From Capsulimonadaceae bacterium (lineage in GTDB: Bacteria; Armatimonadota; Armatimonadia; Armatimonadales; Capsulimonadaceae), in contig OZ244065.1 of the NCBI GenBank assembly GCA_965215505.1, forward strand, positions 3,808,001-3,872,000: a DNA stretch of 64,000 bases, read 5' to 3'. A program made the position numbers and the translations under genes. Below, piece by piece: positions 43,964-54,077 of this stretch (position 1 is its first letter; every line of letters starts with the position of its first letter). Under the pieces are notes generated by a model, which searched no databases, was not told the DNA's origin, and was given only the letters and a program-made list of their open reading frames with translations.

Positions 43964-45160
43964 ATGTTCGTGAAAAAGATTTTGCTGGTCGCCAACACGG
44001 GGTGGTATCTCTACAATTTCCGCCTGCCGCTGGCGCGACTCCTGCGCGCGCAGGGCGTGGAACCCGTCCTGGTGTCGCCCCGCGACGCCTACGTTGAGCG
44101 GCTCCAGTCCGAGGGGTTCCGCTGGGTCGAGTTCGCCTTGAACCGCCGCAGCCGTAACCCGCTGCGCGAGATGCTCGTCGTCGCCGCCCTCGTCCGCATC
44201 TACCGGGCGGAGCGGCCGGCGGCGGTGCACCATTTCACCGCCAAGTGCATGCTGTACGGGACCATCGCGGCGAAACTCAGCGGCATCCGCGCCGTCGTCA
44301 ACGCCGTGACGGGTCTGGGGCCGGTCTTCATCGGCACGGACTGGAAGGCACGCGCGCTGCGCCCGCTGCTGCGCTGGTTCTACCGCAACGTCATGACGGC
44401 GCGGCGCGTGTGCGTCGTCTTCCAGAACCCCGATGACTTGCAGACCTTCACCGACCTGCACATGGTCATCCCGGACCGGACCATCATCATCCGCGGGTCG
44501 GGCGTGGACTTGCAGCGGTTCTCCCCCCGGCCGGGCCGGCCCGGCGGGCCGCCGACCCCGGTCATACTGTTCGCCGCGCGCCTGATCCGCGAGAAGGGCA
44601 TCGAGGAGTTCGTCGAGGCCGCCCGGCTGCTCAAGCGCCGGGGTGTTCAGGCGGTCTTCCAGGTGGCCGGCGCGTCCGACCCCGGCAACCCGTCGTTCGT
44701 CAGCGAGGAGACGCTGGAGGCGTGGCGCAGGGAGGGGGCGGTGGACCTGCTGGGCCATGTGGCCGAGATGGACGATCTGATCGCCCACGCCGCCCTGGTC
44801 GTCCTCTCGACGCGGGGCGGCGAGGGCGTCCCGCGCGTCCTGCTGGAAGCGGCGGCGATGGGCAAGCCGCTGATCGCGACGGACGTGCCCGGCTGCCGCG
44901 AGGCCGTCGTCCACGGCGAGAACGGCCTCCTGGTGCCGCGCGGCGATGCGCCGGCCCTGGCGGACGCCATCGAGGCCCTGATCCAAGCCCCCGCGCTGCG
45001 GGCGCGGATGGGGGAGAACGGCCGCCGGAAGATGGTCCGGGAGTTCGACTGCGAGGACGTCGCGCGGCGGACCGGCCAGGTGTATGTGAAGCTGGGCGCG
45101 CTGCCCGCCATGCCCGTCTTCGACGGGGTGCCGGAGCCGGCGCTCAAGAAGGCCGCGTAA
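43964..45160 (+). CDS. GT4 glycosyltransferase (CapM-like)
   Basis: ANTGWYLYNFR, GSGVD, ARLIREKG, EGVPRVLLEAAA, TDVPGCRE; start ATG 43964 or GTG 43970. Confidence 0.92.
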   Translation: MFVKKILLVANTGWYLYNFRLPLARLLRAQGVEPVLVSPRDAYVERLQSEGFRWVEFALNRRSRNPLREMLVVAALVRIYRAERPAAVHHFTAKCMLYGTIAAKLSGIRAVVNAVTGLGPVFIGTDWKARALRPLLRWFYRNVMTARRVCVVFQNPDDLQTFTDLHMVIPDRTIIIRGSGVDLQRFSPRPGRPGGPPTPVILFAARLIREKGIEEFVEAARLLKRRGVQAVFQVAGASDPGNPSFVSEETLEAWRREGAVDLLGHVAEMDDLIAHAALVVLSTRGGEGVPRVLLEAAAMGKPLIATDVPGCREAVVHGENGLLVPRGDAPALADAIEALIQAPALRARMGENGRRKMVREFDCEDVARRTGQVYVKLGALPAMPVFDGVPEPALKKAA

Positions 45161-45177
45161 CAAGCGATCCGAGGCGA

Positions 45178-45661
45178 CACGGGGCTGAACCCCCGTGCTT
45201 TGGGAAAGCAACTCCCCGCCTTCGCGGGCAGGGGAGGGCGGGGGATTAAAGAGGGCGGGGGGACCCCGCCCCTACACGGTCATGTCTTCGCCCGCGCCGA
45301 AATCTTCGCCCGCGCCTCCTAGTCGCTGCGCTCCATAGCGGAGTGAAAGGCGGGGGCTTGCACGTCTAAAGCCCAGGGGTTCACCCCGCTGCCGAAGCCC
45401 TGCGGACAGGGGTTCACCCCTGGATGTCTATGGCGGCAGGTCGATAGAGATAGGCTAACAGAGAAAGGGGGCCGCAACAGTGCGGCCCCCTTTGTTGCGG
45501 CTGGCTTCCCGCGCCCCGGCCCTTCAGGGACAGTGCGGCCCCCTTTGTTGCGGCTGGCTTCCCGCGCCCCGGCCCTGAAGGGCCGGGCTACCTCCGGCTT
45601 CGCCGGACGAAGCCCCTCCGGGGCTGCGTACTTTGTTGAGCCTGGCCTTTCAAGGCTGGGA
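45178..45661. repeat. Intergenic repeat cluster: family C element with nested GTAG REP, bidirectional hairpin, 47-bp direct repeat, family D element
   Basis: 45178-45388 is an inverted homolog of 32962-33164; REP at 45252-45275; AAAGGGGGCCGCA-ACAG-TGCGGCCCCCTTT hairpin; direct repeat 45477-45523 / 45530-45576; CCCGGCCCTGAAGGGCCGGG...CCTGGCCTTTCAAGGCTGGG. Confidence 0.82.
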
Positions 45662-45672
45662 CGTGGTCCCAC

Positions 45673-46698
45673 TCACTTGCCGTAGTAGTCGCGATACCAT
45701 TCGACGAAGCGCGAGACGCCCACCTCGACCGGCGTGCAGGGGCGATACCCCGTGGCGCGGACGAGGTCTTCCGCGTCGGCGAACGTCTCCGGCACGTCGC
45801 CGGGCTGGAGGGGCAGCGAGTTGATCAGCGCCTTCCGCCCGGTCCGCTCCTCGATCAGCCGGATGAAGTCCATCAGCTCGACCGTCTCGCTGCTGCCGGT
45901 GTTGTAAAGCCGGTACGGCGCGGGGCTGTCGCCCGCCTCGGGGCTGCCGTCTGCTCCGCCGTCTGATCCGCCGTCCGGTCCGGGCGCGGGGGGGCGGCGC
46001 ATCACGCGGACGATTCCCTCGACCACGTCCTCCACATAGGTGAAGGAGCGCCGCATCCGGCCGTGGTTGAAGACGTTGATCGGCTCCCCCTCCAGGATGG
46101 ACTTGGTGAACAGGAACAGGGCCATGTCGGGTCGGCCCCACGGCCCGTAGACCGTGAAGAACCGCAGCCCGGTCGTCGGCAGCCCGAACAGGTGGCTGTA
46201 GGTGTGTGCCATCAGCTCATTGGCTTTCTTAGTCGCGGCGTACAGGCTGATCGGGTGGTCCACGCGGTCCCCGACCGAGAAGGGCATTTTGGTGTTCGCG
46301 CCGTAGACCGAGCTGGAAGAGGCATAGATCAGGTGCCCGACGCCGTGATGCCGGCAGGCCTCCAGGATGTTGACGAACCCGACCAGATTGCTCTGCACAT
46401 AGACGTGCGGGTTCTCCAGGGAGTAGCGCACGCCGGCCTGGGCCGCGAGGTTCACGACCGTCTCGGGCCGCTCCTCGGCGAACAGCCGCTCCAGGCAGTC
46501 GCGGTCGGTCAGGTCCTGGTGGTAGAACCGGAAGCACGGCTCGCCGCGAAGCTCGGCCAGCCGCGCCTGCTTCAGCGTCACGTCGTAGTAGTCGTTCAGG
46601 TTGTCCAGGCCGATGACGCGGTGGCCCTCGGCCAGCAGGCGCCGGCTCAGGTGGAAGCCGATGAATCCGGCGGCACCGGTCACTAGAATGTTTGCCAA
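45673..46698 (-). CDS. NAD-dependent epimerase (UDP-glucuronate 4-epimerase-like)
   Basis: TGAAGFIG, LAAQAGVRYS, ASSSSVYG, YAATKK, RFFTVYGPWGRPDMA; TTG start with GGGAG SD. Confidence 0.93.
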   Translation of the reverse strand: MANILVTGAAGFIGFHLSRRLLAEGHRVIGLDNLNDYYDVTLKQARLAELRGEPCFRFYHQDLTDRDCLERLFAEERPETVVNLAAQAGVRYSLENPHVYVQSNLVGFVNILEACRHHGVGHLIYASSSSVYGANTKMPFSVGDRVDHPISLYAATKKANELMAHTYSHLFGLPTTGLRFFTVYGPWGRPDMALFLFTKSILEGEPINVFNHGRMRRSFTYVEDVVEGIVRVMRRPPAPGPDGGSDGGADGSPEAGDSPAPYRLYNTGSSETVELMDFIRLIEERTGRKALINSLPLQPGDVPETFADAEDLVRATGYRPCTPVEVGVSRFVEWYRDYYGK

Positions 46699-46780
46699 TG
46701 ATCTCTCCCTATATTGCAATAATTGCGATAAATAGTCACGGACGCGATGAGCCACCGCCCGAGCGCGCGTCCCCCCCGGT

Positions 46781-48742
46781 TTAGAGGGGGTTCGCCTCGT
46801 GCCACGCCTGGAACATCAGGACGCCCCACAGGTGGGACTGCCAGTTCCGCCGGCCGGACAGGTGTTCGGCCCACTTGGCCCGGATCGGGGCCGGGTCGAA
46901 AAAGCCCTCGTCCCGCAGGCGGTTTTCGTCTAGAAGTGCCTCCGCCCAGGGCCGCAGGGGGCCGCGCAGCCAGGAGTCCAGCGGCACCCCGAAGCCCATC
47001 TTGGGCCGCTCGATCATCTCGCGCGGGACGTACCGGTACAGCACCTGCCGCAGCAGCCACTTCCCCTGGCCGTCGCGCAGGGTCAGGGACAGGGGGAGCC
47101 GCCAGGCGAACTCGACGACCCGGTGGTCCAGCAGGGGGACGCGGGCTTCCAGGCCCACCGCCATGCTCGCCCGGTCCACCTTCGTGAGGATGTCGTCGGG
47201 CAGATAGCTCATCTGGTCCCTGTACATCATCCTTTGCGTGAGGTCCGTCGGCCCCGCCCACCGGTCTTCGCCGGTCAGGGCGGTCGGCGGCTCGCCGACG
47301 TGTTCACCCAGGACGAGGGCGGCGGGGTCCGTCCAGTGCGAGACCAGAGTCCCGTACATGGCGTCCGGGCAGTCGGCGCGCAGGATGTCGGCGGTCTTGG
47401 CGACCTTGCCGCTGAGGCCGCCGTGGCGCAGGCCGCGCGGCAGGAGCGGGTGTATCTGCCGGGCCAATGCGTCCACGGTCCGGGACGGCACGGCGGTGAG
47501 CGCGCCGGCCGCCGCCCGGCGCAGGGCCGGGGGCATCCGGTCCATCCGGTCCCACAGCCTGCGCCCGGCGAAGTAGCGGTTGTACCCGGCGAACAGCTCG
47601 TCGCCGCCGTCCCCGGACAGGCTGACCGTGACCGAGCGGCGGGCGAGCTGGGAGACCAGGAACGTCGGGATCTGCGACGAGTCCGCGAACGGCTCGTCGT
47701 ACATGGCGGGCAGGGCGGGGATGACCGCCTGGGCGTCTTCGGGTGAGACGTAAAGCTCGGTGTGGTCCGTGCCCAGGTGGCCCGCCACCTCGCGGGCGAA
47801 CGGGGCCTCGTCGTAGCCGGACTCGCGGAACCCGACCGAGAAGGTCTGGACGGGGCGGGCGCTCTGGGCCTGCATCAGCGCCACGACCGCGCTCGAATCC
47901 ACGCCGCCGGACAGGAAGGCCCCCAGGGGGACGTCGGCGACCATCCGCAGCCCGACCGCCTCGCGCAGCAGGGCGTCCAGCCGGTCCGTCGCCTCCGCCT
48001 CGGAGCCGGAGAACGGGTCGGCCAGCCCCGCCGCCGCCGCGTCGCGCGCGGACCAGTAGGGGACCGGGGTGGCCTCCCCGCCCCCGCGCAGGGTCAGGAT
48101 CGTGCCGGGCGGCAGCTTCCGGATGCCTTTGTAGATGCTGTAGGGCGCGGGGACGTAGTTGTGGCGCAGCAAGAGCGTCAGGACGTCCCGGTCTATCTCG
48201 GGGCGGAAGGCGGGGTGCGCCCGCAGCGCCTTGAGTTCCGAGCCGAACAGCAGGGTGTCCCCGGCCCAGCCGTAGTACAGCGGCTTGATGCCGAGCCGGT
48301 CGCGGACTAGGTGCAGGATGCGCTCCTGGCGGTCCCACAGGGCGAAGGCGAACATGCCGACGAAGCGCCGGACGGCGGCCTCCAGCCCCCACGCCTCGAT
48401 GGCGGCCAGCATGACCTCGGTGTCCGAGCGCCCCCGGAAGGCGGGGGCGGCGTTCTGGCCCGTCAGTTCCGCGCGCAGGGCTTCAAAGTTGTAGACCTCG
48501 CCGTTGAAGGCGATGACGTAGCGCTCCGAGGCGGACGTCATCGGCTGGTGCCCCGCCGGGGAGAGGTCCACGATCGCCAGCCGCCGGAACCCGAACGCGA
48601 CGCCGGCCCGCGCCTCCGCCCACTCCCCGCCGTCGTCCGGGCCGCGGTGGTGCAGGGTCCCGGCCATCCGCCGCACCGTCTGGCACAGGTCCGCCCCCGC
48701 CCGCCGCGCGCTCGTCTCCCAGAATCCAGTCAAGCCACACAT
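46781..48742 (-). CDS. asnB: Asparagine synthase (glutamine-hydrolysing), polysaccharide amidotransferase type
   Basis: MCG N-terminus, HRGPD, FNGEVYN, RDRLGIKPL, LSGGVDSS, SGDGGDELF, KVDRASM. Confidence 0.95.
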   Translation of the reverse strand: MCGLTGFWETSARRAGADLCQTVRRMAGTLHHRGPDDGGEWAEARAGVAFGFRRLAIVDLSPAGHQPMTSASERYVIAFNGEVYNFEALRAELTGQNAAPAFRGRSDTEVMLAAIEAWGLEAAVRRFVGMFAFALWDRQERILHLVRDRLGIKPLYYGWAGDTLLFGSELKALRAHPAFRPEIDRDVLTLLLRHNYVPAPYSIYKGIRKLPPGTILTLRGGGEATPVPYWSARDAAAAGLADPFSGSEAEATDRLDALLREAVGLRMVADVPLGAFLSGGVDSSAVVALMQAQSARPVQTFSVGFRESGYDEAPFAREVAGHLGTDHTELYVSPEDAQAVIPALPAMYDEPFADSSQIPTFLVSQLARRSVTVSLSGDGGDELFAGYNRYFAGRRLWDRMDRMPPALRRAAAGALTAVPSRTVDALARQIHPLLPRGLRHGGLSGKVAKTADILRADCPDAMYGTLVSHWTDPAALVLGEHVGEPPTALTGEDRWAGPTDLTQRMMYRDQMSYLPDDILTKVDRASMAVGLEARVPLLDHRVVEFAWRLPLSLTLRDGQGKWLLRQVLYRYVPREMIERPKMGFGVPLDSWLRGPLRPWAEALLDENRLRDEGFFDPAPIRAKWAEHLSGRRNWQSHLWGVLMFQAWHEANPL

Positions 48743-49932
48743 ACGCTCGCCTCCCCTTCTCCGCTCGCCGCCCGCTGCCCGCCCGCCGTTTCCGCGTAGA
48801 GATGCCCGTAGCGGGCCGCGATGACCCGGATGTCGAAGTGCGTCTCGACGCGACGCCGGGCCAGCGCGCCCAGCCGCCGCCGCCCCTCGCCGCCCATGTC
48901 CAGCAGGTCCCGCCACGCCCCCGCAAGCGCTTCGGGGTCGCGCGGCGGCACGATGCGCCCCGTGTCTCCCACCAGCAGGGCGCAGTCGCCGACGTCGGTG
49001 GCGGCGCAGGGGACGCCGCAGGCCATCAGCTCGTTGAGCGCCATGGGGAAGCCCTCGCCGTAGGCGGAGGAGAGGCTGCCGACGTCCAGGGCGGCGGCGA
49101 GCCGCGCGACGTCCGGCCGCCGTCCCAGCAGGCGGAATCGGCCGCGCATCGCGGGCGGCACCCATTCGCTGAAGGCCGGGTTGTCCCAGGCGACGTCCAG
49201 CCCGCACAGCAGGAAATGGGCGTCGGGCCGGTCCTGGTGGAGCCGGACGGCGGCCCGGACGAAGTTCCGGTGGTCCTTCTGCGGGTTGAAACGGCCAGCC
49301 ATGCCGATCAGCGGGGTGTCGTCGCAGAGGCCGAGTTCCTCCCGGACGGCCCGCCGCGCCTCCCTGTCCGGCCGGAAGGCGTCGGTGTCGGCGGCGTTGG
49401 GGATGACGGTGATCTTGCCCCTGTCGTAGCCCAGCCTCCCGTGTTCCTCACGGGCCGCGGCCGAGCAGGAGACGATGCGCCTGGGCAGGTGGCGCGACAG
49501 GCGCGCGCAGAGGCGCGCGGTCAGCACGGTGCTTCGCTTGTCGTGGTCGGGGTGGAATCCGCCGTACTGGATGTTCCAGACGACGGGCGGGCTGCCGGCG
49601 GCGCGGGCGGCCAGCGCCCCGAGCAGGTCGGCGTGGTACATCCAGGTCTGCACGACCTGGGGCCGGGCCGCCCGCAGCCAGCGGGCCAGGCGCAGCAGAA
49701 GCCGCGGGTCGGGCGGGCCGCTCCGGCCCATGCCCAGGGCGCGCACCGGGATTCCCAGCCCGCGTATCTTCTCGCCGACCGGGCCGACGTCGGTCAGGGA
49801 GATCACTTCGGAGGGGAAGTCGGCGCGGTCCATGTGGGCCAGAAGCTGATACAGCATCATCTCCGCCCCGCCGACCTCCAGGCCGGTGATGACGTGGACG
49901 ATGTTGGTTGCAGGTCTTGTCGCAGATTTCAT
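48730..49932 (-). CDS. GT4 glycosyltransferase
   Basis: ITGLEVGGAE, QTWMYHADL, GRFNPQKD, EGFPMALxE, TDVGD; ATGA-coupled. Confidence 0.92.
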   Translation of the reverse strand: MKSATRPATNIVHVITGLEVGGAEMMLYQLLAHMDRADFPSEVISLTDVGPVGEKIRGLGIPVRALGMGRSGPPDPRLLLRLARWLRAARPQVVQTWMYHADLLGALAARAAGSPPVVWNIQYGGFHPDHDKRSTVLTARLCARLSRHLPRRIVSCSAAAREEHGRLGYDRGKITVIPNAADTDAFRPDREARRAVREELGLCDDTPLIGMAGRFNPQKDHRNFVRAAVRLHQDRPDAHFLLCGLDVAWDNPAFSEWVPPAMRGRFRLLGRRPDVARLAAALDVGSLSSAYGEGFPMALNELMACGVPCAATDVGDCALLVGDTGRIVPPRDPEALAGAWRDLLDMGGEGRRRLGALARRRVETHFDIRVIAARYGHLYAETAGGQRAASGEGEASVCVA

Positions 49933-51113
49933 CGCAGACCTCCCGCCCCGGTGAGCCGGGCCGCCAGATCGAGGAAGGCGTTTGCGGCCCGCGCCGTGGA
50001 ATACTGCATGGCGTGGCGGCGCAGGGTCTCGGCCGGCAGGGGCGCGTCGAGCGTCTCCCCCATGGCGGCGGCGAGCGCCCCGGCGTCTCCCACAGGGACG
50101 AGCGCGCCGAAGCGCCCGCCTTCCAGGACCTCGCGCGGGCCGCTCGGGCAGTCCGTCGCGATCACCGGGCAGCCGCAGGCCATGGCCTCGATCAGCACGG
50201 CGGGCATGCCCTCGTGGCGCGAAGACAGCACGAAGGCGCTGGCGCGGCTCATGTAGGCGTAGGGGTTGGCGGCGAAGCCGGGCATGGCGACGTCTTCCGA
50301 GAGGCCCAGGGCCGAGGCCTGCGCTTCCAGAGCTTCGCGGCACGGCCCCTCCCCCAGAATCAGGAGGCGCGCAGGCCGGGTCCGGCGCAGCCGGTGGAAG
50401 GCGTCCAGCAGGGTGGCGAAATCCTTCTGCGGCGTGAGGCGTCCGACCGCCACGAAGAGGGGCGTCGCCCGGCCGAGCCACGGGTGTTCCACGGGGGCCT
50501 GCGCCTCGGCCAGCAGGGCGTCGTCCACGACGGGCGGGAAGATCACCCCGACCTTGCCCCGCATCGGCTTCAGGGAGGCTTCCACGCTCTCCTTCACCCC
50601 CTGCGAGACGGCGACGACGGCGTCGGCGTGGGGATACAGGCGGCGGGCGAGGCGCTGGACGCGGTCCTCGCGGCCGTCCCGCTCGGCCCCGACGTGGTTG
50701 TGTTCCACGCAGATGACCGCCGTCCTGCTGCGCGTCAGCACTTTCGCCAGGCAGGCGATGGTGTTGAGGTGGGCCATGTTGGAGATCAGGACGGGCGGGC
50801 GCTCCCGGCGCAGGTAGCGGCCCAGCGGGAGGACGGCCTGCGAGACGCGCCCGGCGCGGAGGTCGAAGAGGCGCACCGACGGGGGGATCTGGTCCAGATA
50901 CAGGCCGTGCGCCGAGGCCACCACTAGGTCGAGATCGAACCCGGCGGCGCTCATCTCCCGCAGCATCTTCACGACGGTCCGCTCCGCGCCCCCGCCCACG
51001 AGCGAGGGCAGCAGGAACGCGACCCGTCTGCCCGGCTGACTCGGGATGCTGTCCGGTTGACCGGGGGTGCGGTCCGGCACCGTCCCCGCCGCCATTCTTT
51101 CCTGCACGCTCAT
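49929..51113 (-). CDS. GT4 glycosyltransferase (WabH-like)
   Basis: GGGAER, AVSQGV, GRLTPQKD, NPYAYM, SSRHEG...LIEAMACG, DCPSGPRE. Confidence 0.92.
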   Translation of the reverse strand: MSVQERMAAGTVPDRTPGQPDSIPSQPGRRVAFLLPSLVGGGAERTVVKMLREMSAAGFDLDLVVASAHGLYLDQIPPSVRLFDLRAGRVSQAVLPLGRYLRRERPPVLISNMAHLNTIACLAKVLTRSRTAVICVEHNHVGAERDGREDRVQRLARRLYPHADAVVAVSQGVKESVEASLKPMRGKVGVIFPPVVDDALLAEAQAPVEHPWLGRATPLFVAVGRLTPQKDFATLLDAFHRLRRTRPARLLILGEGPCREALEAQASALGLSEDVAMPGFAANPYAYMSRASAFVLSSRHEGMPAVLIEAMACGCPVIATDCPSGPREVLEGGRFGALVPVGDAGALAAAMGETLDAPLPAETLRRHAMQYSTARAANAFLDLAARLTGAGGLR

Positions 51114-52168
51114 TAGCGGTGTCCGCCTTTATAAAGGGTGATGAGTTCCCGGTCGGACAGGGTCTGGTCGCTGCGACGCGCCATGAGGTAGTAGCCGGAA
51201 GCCGCGTCGAAGGCCGCCGGATTCTTGACCAGGTATTTGTCCAGGCTCTTCAGCCAGAAGGAGGTGAGGCTGGTGGCCGCGTGGGCGAGGCCGCGGCCGA
51301 CGCGCGACGTCGTCAGGCTCAGGGCGAAGTACGTCCACGACCACGCGAGGGCCATGCCCGGCCCGCACGAGACGCCGCTGTCTATCTCGGTGAAGCGCCG
51401 GAACAGGCGGCGGTGGGCGAGATGGGAAAAGCGCAGGAAGTCGTACCTGCCGCCGTGGACCTGCTGCATGAAGGGCGTCTCGGCGTACACGATCCCCGTC
51501 CCCTTCAGGACGCGGTGGAACTCATCAACGCAGCGGAAGGGGTCAACCACATGCTCCAGGACGGCCTGCGCGACGACGCCGTCAAAGGTGCCGTCGCGGA
51601 AGGGGAGGTCATGCCCGTCGCAGATCATCCGGGTGCGCGGCCCGAAGGCGATGTCCGTCTCGACGAATCGGATCGCCGGGTTTGCCAGGAACTCCTCCAT
51701 GCCATACCCCGCGATGCTCCCGCCGACGATCAGGACGACCGGGTTCGGAGTCTCCTTCAGGAGAAGTTCGGCCATGGCCGCGTACCGCTCGCGCGTGCCG
51801 ACACTGCGGGTGATGCTCGGCAGCCGGCCCAGGACCTTCATCGCGAGCGCGAAGGCCCTGCCGTCGGGGGCTTTAAAGAAGGTATCATCGCGTTTCACGA
51901 AGTCGGCGATGGAGAACAGGCTCCGGGCCTCGTTGATGAGTACCGGGATGCCGTCCACGACCGGGAATTCGGTACGGCATCCGGCCCGTGAGCAGACCAG
52001 CCTGTCGCCGCCTTCCTCCAGGTCGCCGTGGCAGACCGGGCAGATCAAAGAAGACGCCGGGTAGGAACCGCCGTCAGCCTCGTGATGCACGTCTTCATAA
52101 GGGACGTATTCAGGAAGCGTGTCCTCGTGAAGCGTATTTTTTGTCGGCAGAGTGCTTTGCGTCGGCAT
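51113..52168 (-). CDS. SAM-dependent methyltransferase with N-terminal Trm112-like Zn domain
   Basis: LICPVC...C...C...FPVVDGIPVL; DGHDLPF, QAVLEHV, PFMQQVH. Confidence 0.85.
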   Translation of the reverse strand: MPTQSTLPTKNTLHEDTLPEYVPYEDVHHEADGGSYPASSLICPVCHGDLEEGGDRLVCSRAGCRTEFPVVDGIPVLINEARSLFSIADFVKRDDTFFKAPDGRAFALAMKVLGRLPSITRSVGTRERYAAMAELLLKETPNPVVLIVGGSIAGYGMEEFLANPAIRFVETDIAFGPRTRMICDGHDLPFRDGTFDGVVAQAVLEHVVDPFRCVDEFHRVLKGTGIVYAETPFMQQVHGGRYDFLRFSHLAHRRLFRRFTEIDSGVSCGPGMALAWSWTYFALSLTTSRVGRGLAHAATSLTSFWLKSLDKYLVKNPAAFDAASGYYLMARRSDQTLSDRELITLYKGGHR

Positions 52169-52206
52169 CGGATTTCTGTTGCTCCTTGATCGGAAGACCT
52201 AGCCGG

Positions 52207-53115
52207 CTATTGCTTCACGAATACGAATTCGTTGCAGCCGTGCCCCCCGACACACGTCGTCATCTGCGTGAGGGTCAGCCCTTTTTGGCGGAAGAAGCTG
52301 AACACGGCTTCGGGCGTGGCGACCTCGAACGGGTAGCCGCCCACGAAATCCACGACGTCAATCCAGGGCGACATCCCGCGCACGCCGCCGTAGCCGCGCC
52401 AGGACGCGAGCGGCTTCCCCTTCAGAGTGTCCCGGAGCAGGGTCGGGCCCCAGAGCCGGAGGAAGGCGGGCCACAGCACCAGGAACTTCAGGCGCTTCGG
52501 CAGGCGGTTGTAGGCCCGCTTGACTCTGGCCCACTGGAGGCTGGGCCGGCCCTGGTCGTTGCCCACGGCGAGGAAGAGCTTCCCGCCGGGGGCGACCAGG
52601 GGGATCATGTTCCCCAGCGCCCGCCACACGTCCCCGGTGTGGTGCAGGACGCCCCAGGAGTAGACGACGTCGAAGAGGCCGAGCGTTTTCAAATAGGCTT
52701 CGTCCAGGGCGGAGCCTTCCTCCACCTGCCAGTCGGCGTCGTCGGGGAAGAAGCGATGCTTGAGTTCCTGCGTGCAGGCGACCGCCTTCGGGTCGTAATC
52801 CACCGAGTGGACCGAGGCACCGAGGCGGCGGGCGGCGAGGCTGAACAGTCCGCTGCCGGAGCCGACATCGAGGAAGCGCCTGCCGCGCAGGTCGGTGGTC
52901 TCCAGGGCGGCCTGGAGCGAGTCCGCCGCCCCGGCGATGCGCTGCTCGCTGAGGAGGGAGAGGAAGGTCGTCCAGTTCTGGCCGAAGTCGAACCGCTCCC
53001 CCTGCGCCACCTCTGCGGCGTGCTGCCGCCCGTTTGCCTGCTGCCTGTCTGCCTGCTGCCTGTCCGTGGTCGAAACTTCGGCACGGTCGGCGAGTGCCTG
53101 AGAACTGTTGTTCAT
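52207..53115 (-). CDS. Class I SAM-dependent methyltransferase
   Basis: RFDFGQNW, FLDVGSGSGLFSLA, YSWGVLHHTG, RGMS...GGYPFE, GCNEFVF. Confidence 0.9.
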   Translation of the reverse strand: MNNSSQALADRAEVSTTDRQQADRQQANGRQHAAEVAQGERFDFGQNWTTFLSLLSEQRIAGAADSLQAALETTDLRGRRFLDVGSGSGLFSLAARRLGASVHSVDYDPKAVACTQELKHRFFPDDADWQVEEGSALDEAYLKTLGLFDVVYSWGVLHHTGDVWRALGNMIPLVAPGGKLFLAVGNDQGRPSLQWARVKRAYNRLPKRLKFLVLWPAFLRLWGPTLLRDTLKGKPLASWRGYGGVRGMSPWIDVVDFVGGYPFEVATPEAVFSFFRQKGLTLTQMTTCVGGHGCNEFVFVKQ

Positions 53116-53176
53116 GCGAATGGTCTCCGTTGGTCGTTGTTTCTGTTCGGGTCTGCCTTTATGTCGGGTGCCGCCC

Positions 53177-54052
53177 TCAGCGGAAGGCGCTGCGGTTGCC
53201 GAAGGAGGCCGCCCGGTGGTGATAGCGCATCTTCAGGTAAGCCGGGACGAGAGCCTTCAGGCGCTCCCGCAAGGCCCGGCCGGCCGGCCGGGACCCCGGC
53301 GCGCGGCCGGTCTCATCCCAGAGGGCCACATAGTCGCTCTGCTGCGGCGTCCGGGCGAAGAGGACGGCGTCCGCCTCGCGCACCGCCTGGATGAACAGCA
53401 GGACATTTTTGCGATTCCGCAGGATGCCCCGCCTGCCGGTCACGGCGGGGTCCAGGACGGTGCGGGGGCGGCCGTGTTCCTCGTAGGCGCGCACCCCCTG
53501 CGGGGTCAGGTGGCTCATCGTCTCCACCTCGATCGCGAGCATGCGCTCCACGCGGAAGCCGTTCTCGGGCGAGAGGACGCGGAAGAACAGCTCCGGGCTG
53601 AACTGGTAGAACCCGTGCCCGAAGAAGTTGTTCGCGGGCGTCAGCACGAGCAGGTGGCCGCCGACCTTGACCATCTCCATGCAGTTCCGGATGGCGGTCG
53701 GGAAGGCGAAGATGTGTTCGAGGCTGCCGCTGTCAACCACGCAGTCGTACCGCTTGTGCAGGTCCGCCGGGACCGGCAGGTTCATGTCGTGGAGGATGGT
53801 GGACCCCTCGTAAGTGTTCGCATCAATGCTGTCCGTCCGCGCCGCCCCGAGCGCCCGGAAGAAGGGGTCCGCGTAGCGCGGGCCGCCGCCGGCCCCGTCG
53901 AAGCCGGGGACGCCGTAGCGTTTCAGGAGGCGTCCCAGGACGTCGTCGTTGACGGACAGGTTCTGCCGCCCCAGTGTCGCCGTCTCGCGGAAGGAAACGC
54001 CCCCCGCGTGTGCCTGGAGTATGAACTCCGCACAAGTCGCGCTGATGCCCAT
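53177..54052 (-). CDS. Methyltransferase-fold protein of polysaccharide loci
   Basis: TLGRQ, DxNxYEG, HDMN, DSGSLEHIF, GHGFYQFSPELF. Confidence 0.75.
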   Translation of the reverse strand: MGISATCAEFILQAHAGGVSFRETATLGRQNLSVNDDVLGRLLKRYGVPGFDGAGGGPRYADPFFRALGAARTDSIDANTYEGSTILHDMNLPVPADLHKRYDCVVDSGSLEHIFAFPTAIRNCMEMVKVGGHLLVLTPANNFFGHGFYQFSPELFFRVLSPENGFRVERMLAIEVETMSHLTPQGVRAYEEHGRPRTVLDPAVTGRRGILRNRKNVLLFIQAVREADAVLFARTPQQSDYVALWDETGRAPGSRPAGRALRERLKALVPAYLKMRYHHRAASFGNRSAFR

Positions 54053-54077
54053 TGTGTGACCGATCCCTCCTGCGCCG

